Shown: positions 59,510 to 64,000 of the stretch, one piece after another
Numbering within the stretch: position 1 is the stretch's first letter
Layout of the letters: each line of letters opens with the position of its first letter
DNA from: Chrysomallon squamiferum
Taxonomy: Eukaryota; Animalia; Mollusca
DNA: 64,000 nucleotides
Assembly: GCA_012295275.1 (NCBI GenBank)
Contig: CM022671.1
Coordinates: 17,298,001-17,362,000, forward strand
Reading direction: 5' to 3'
Notes under the pieces: model-generated
Database searches by the model: none
What the model was told of the DNA's origin: nothing
What the model saw: only the letters and a program-made list of their open reading frames with translations
Program-made: the position numbers and the translations under genes

Positions 59510-60840
59510 AACTTTATATAACATTTAATAATGGTGAAATAAGCAGAACGTTTCAACTCAGGGCCAGATTTATCACAGTGTATCACAGTATTATAATAAG
59601 ATATACAACCATTAATTCTAAATTTTATTTTAAGATTAAATAATGTTTGAAAAGAATACTTGTGTAGTAACTAAGGGAAGTAACAAAGGGAAAGTTGATT
59701 AGGTTAAAACAAACTTTTTTGACTGACACCTGAAAGTGATGTTTCTTAAAAACAATAAATTATAAATTGGCATGCACAATGTCAGTTATTTCCTGATATG
59801 CTGGCTAGCATCTCTTCATATAAATAAGAACAAAAACATTCAGAGTATTTTAATTATTTATTTTCTTTTTTACTGCATTATATCATTATTAAAATGTTTA
59901 ACATATATATATATATATATACTAGCTATATATGTATATATAATTCATAAAATATAAACCAATAATAATGCTATCAGGCATCAAGGCAGATAACACAAAA
60001 ATATCAACAAACGTTCAAAATATCACAAGCATTTTTTTTTGGGTGGGGTTAGTGATGATGAAGCATTTTCACACAAGGATGATGAATTCTTGAGATCTTG
60101 TTTCATAATGTAAAAAATAAAAATGTTTGCAAGTCTTTCCTGCTATAATGCAGTTAAAACTACTGCTCAGTGACAGTGAGCTAATAGTTTTGAATGAATT
60201 GTTTTTATAAACCACATATGATCATCATAAATTCTGTTTAATATATATGCTAATCATTTATAAAAAAAAGAAATTTTGGTATATATATATATACCTTTTT
60301 TTTATCAACACATTCTCTCTTTGGTGAACAAATCACACAATTGTCTCCATTTGAATCCTTTACTTCAAAATACTGATTTCCTTCCTTGATTTATAATCAT
60401 TAAACAATTTTCTGTTTGTAGAAGAGTGAAAAGAAAATAAAGTTTTTAGGTTTTTTTTGTTTATTACTCTTCACTCAAATCATATAGTAGAACACAGAAA
60501 AATATATAAAAAAAATTAATTTAAAAACTAAAGAATCCTAGGCCAAATAAATTACAAAATATCTGAAGGGCCTCACTTATAAACAAATGAAAAAAATAAT
60601 CCTTTGTCATGTAAAATAAATACATCACAGATTTTTAATTACTTCAAAGCATATCACATAGTCTTCAATTATTCAGGACATAAGGCAAGAATTAGGAACT
60701 TGTTTTTACACAGAAGAGTAATATGAATACTAAATTAAATACTTGATAATAATTCAGTACTTAATAACACCAAAGTAATTAATGATGAGTATTAGGAATG
60801 GACAAATATATATTACTATCTGTGGTTTTATTTGCATACC

Positions 60841-60886
<46 letters not shown>

Positions 60887-61488
60887 CAACAATAACAAAC
60901 AATAATAATAAATCAAAATAATAAAATAAAAAATGTTTAATTTAAAGAGATAATAGATAACATTTTGCCTTAATAAAATAAATAATAAAAATAACTACTT
61001 ATCTATATGCAGATTATCCTCTGTTGTAATCAACAAAATAAATTACATTTTAAAATAATTATATATAAAACAGACTACTATTTACTTAAATATTACAAAA
61101 ATTAAACCAATAGTAGATACAAATATAAATATTTATTCAATTTTATTAATAAAAATGGCTAACTAGTCTTTGGTTTTACAAGTTTAAAAATAAAAGAAAA
61201 AGATAAATATATCTATGTACACTATGTAAACAAAGAAAAAGAAGTAATAAAATATATATCAGTATAATGTAATAAAATAATATTGAACAATATTTTAACC
61301 ATAAAATCTATTATGCAATAAAGTTTTGACTAAATATTAAGTATACAGTCAAAAATTATATATCAACATAGTTTGTTCGTTTCTTTTTTTTCCTCTTCTT
61401 TTTTTTTTTTTTTTTTTCTTAAATAATAACCATATCATATTGCTGTTATATAATACTTAGAGTAATATGCATAAAACAAATTTGTAAA

Positions 61489-61640
61489 ATGTAAGGAATG
61501 TTTTGATATATTAATGATATCTGTTTCTCATTAGAAGTAAGTCTTATGGTATCCAACAAAAACTATGTAAGGAATATTTTGATATATTAATGATAAATGT
61601 TTCTCATTAGAAGTACGTCTTAGGGTATCCAACAAAAACT
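61489..61640. repeat. 76-bp tandem duplication (2 copies) in the probable 3' UTR of the right-hand gene
   Basis: atgtaaggaat...tcattagaagta...ggtatccaacaaaaact at 61489 and 61565, with few mismatches. Confidence 0.9.
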
Positions 61641-61864
61641 TCTCAGTGCCAGCACAAATTAAAAAAAATTAAAAACAGTGCACTTAGTTTCTTGAATATA
61701 TTTGTGAAAGTCAATAACAATAAAAGCACAACAAATATTATTCTTCTAAATCTTTTAAGCAACGAGGTCAAACTTGGGACTAATTAAAGTTTGACATGAA
61801 AAATGTGGTTTTTAAATGGTCTATTGTGCACTAGCAGATACAAATCTGCTTATTTTTAAACTGT

Positions 61865-61960
61865 TTATAATTGCAGTTCCTCAATCATAGTCTGGTGATG
61901 AGTGGGTGCAAGTTCATTCAAAAGTTGTTCTGCTACTCTGCTTCGAAGACGACCTCCGAC
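61865..61960 (-). CDS. Terminal coding exon of an unidentified protein gene (not in the ORF track)
   Basis: ttgcttttag|VGGRLRSRVAEQLLNELAPTHHQTMIEELQL* (96 nt, phase 0). It is a GC-richer island that joins in frame to the exon at 63733-63923. Confidence 0.7.
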   Translation of the reverse strand, partial: VGGRLRSRVAEQLLNELAPTHHQTMIEELQL

Positions 61961-63732
61961 CTAAAAGCAACAAATGATTTGCATTAAATAAAAATAATCT
62001 TTTCACAAAACCTTTTTGAGAAATCAGAAACATAACCATATTAATGATACTGTTATAATGACAACTAAGAGGTTATTAATTTGAACTATCTAAAGAGCAG
62101 TGATACTAACTGAAAAGAACAAAGGTGTGGGTGAAACAAGCCATCAAAAATGTAAAAACTATGTTAAAAAAACTAAGAATCAACTCTTAAATAAAGAGAA
62201 ATTGTTAATAAAGTGAAGGCAAGTAAAAACAACCAAGTACAATGGCAATTAATGTTCATTAATAAATATCACAAAGATAATGTGAATGGTAACAGATACA
62301 CATCAGCAGTTAGTTTAAATATACATATCAGATATATGCATACACACACACATACAATACATTGTGAAAAGCTAAAGATATTCACCATTTTTAGACACTA
62401 TTATTCAAATAATCTGTGCTAAACTAACATATATTTTATTGTATAAGATTATTTTATGTTGAATTTTAATTAATTAAATATTAGAAATTAAATTATGATT
62501 TACCACATGCATCCAAATCATCGTAAAAGAGAGGGCAACATATTACGAGGCTTGAGAGCATCACAGTGGATTTTCACTGGTTTCTACGAAAACAACTAAG
62601 CAGGCTTTAAACTCTGTTTAATTAACTACTGACATGCATCACAAGTAAACTATTCAGTTGAATCTTTATTATTTTTATCCTTCTGATTTAAGGTTATTTA
62701 CTATAGGAAAGTTTACTATTTATATATCTGCCAAACTCTAGGAAATAAAGCCTTAATCAATTTGTTTGTATTTTTGTTTCTTAAGCAAGACTGTTTGGGA
62801 CTTAAAGAAGTTTTATTCTATTATTTAGTCCATTAATAAAAGAATAATTAAAAAAACAACAGAAAAACCCCAACCCAAAATCCAAACAAAATAATCAGTT
62901 TTCAGAGATGTAGTTTGTGATGTATTTATTATATGGTGCTTAACATAAATGTTGATTAAGTTCCACTGGTTTTGCTCAAAATTGCTAAATGTGATTTACA
63001 TACAAGTCTTTTAACAAGAATTTTATTTTGGTCACATAATTACAAACTGAAAAGATTATACTTGTGATACTGTGCAGAAATCAGAAAGAAAAGTAAAAAA
63101 GAGAAACATGTTAGTTTTATGTTAGAGAAATATTAAGGCATCAACATATACCTATTTTGTTTTTCTAATAAATTTTAAAACGTAACACAGCAAATGAAAG
63201 CAAAGAACTGTTTTTAGTTAAATTTTAGTCAGTATATGATTCATAGAGTTAAAAATTAAATTAATTCACTAAGTCTACTTGTTACTATTCATATTTAAAT
63301 AAAAATATGCTTACATCTTCAATGAAACAAGCATTTGTGATTGCTACTTTTACCCATAAACTGTTAGTTATAAATTAATATTTTACTTTTTTCAGATAAC
63401 TGTTCATAAACTGAAGGTAATAATAATCAAGGTCACATGTTTTGTATAAAGACCAAGCAACTAGCAAACAAAATTCTGAAAAGCTTTAAAATAAAAGTTA
63501 TAAGAATTTAAAAAAACTTACATTCCACAAAGCGAAATTATTTTAGGAAAAACTTGCAGCATATTTATTATCTGAATCTTTTATTAATTTAACTATTAAC
63601 TGAAAATATAAATGCATGCACAAGCTTAGATATTTGCAAGCATGGAAAATCAAACAGTGTACAAAAGAATATTAAACATTATTTAATGATTTTATAAATT
63701 TTTTATTATTGTTATTTTTCCTCGAGTCTTAC

Positions 63733-63923
63733 TGTTTTAGGTCTCTGCATTTTCTTCAAATCTGCCTGGTTGAGTAGACTTCCCTCTGGAGGTGATGTCA
63801 AACGGTTTGTGGGCCATGTGATAGGTGGAGGCCACACCCCACCTGAATTATTTCCTGAACGACTGCTTACACTATTTCTTTGAGCTTTTCCTCCTGCAGA
63901 TGTTGCACGGAAATTAGATTTTG
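63733..63923 (-). CDS. Penultimate coding exon of the same unidentified gene (Ser/Pro-rich, probably disordered); gene extends off the right edge
   Basis: Strong acceptor ttttttattctgtttctccag|, 191 nt (phase 1 to 0), KSNFRATSAGG...WPPPITWPTNRLTSPPEGSLLNQADLKKMQRPKT, donor ACA|GTAAGA. Confidence 0.7.
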
Positions 63924-64000
63924 CTGGAGAAACAGAATAAAAAAATAAATACATTTTGTTTTATTTGTTTATAAATGACATTGAATAATGTATCAGCATT

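Overview
AT-rich, microsatellite-dense eukaryotic (animal) genomic DNA. It is probably molluscan, inferred only from SINE remnants resembling gastropod MetaSINEs I recall. Almost all ORF-track entries are microsatellite or low-complexity artefacts. All supportable genes are on the minus strand. (1) The first coding exon (TM1-TM2) of a class A GPCR of the melatonin-receptor/moody-like type lies at 2291-2540, and its intron runs off the left edge. (2) A ~37 kb CpG-retaining interval with no recognisable coding sequence (2.6-39.5 kb) holds SINE/MITE remnants, minisatellites and a long-range inverted repeat. (3) Two intact tandem 7-exon paralogues of DHDH (trans-1,2-dihydrobenzene-1,2-diol dehydrogenase / D-xylose 1-dehydrogenase, Gfo/Idh/MocA family) lie at 39550-45305 (349 aa) and 51487-55451 (348 aa). 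(4) The last two coding exons of an unidentified gene lie at 61865-63923. The most notable observations are: mosaic identity between the DHDH paralogues (exons 2-3 almost identical, other exons strongly diverged, suggesting gene conversion); a shared ~15-aa insertion and an F-to-Q change at a probable substrate-pocket residue; a tandem repeat that multiplies the GPCR's 5' splice site as CAG|GTGGGT units; and a minisatellite ending in a fold-back hairpin. I found no clear evidence of a wholly new multi-gene system.
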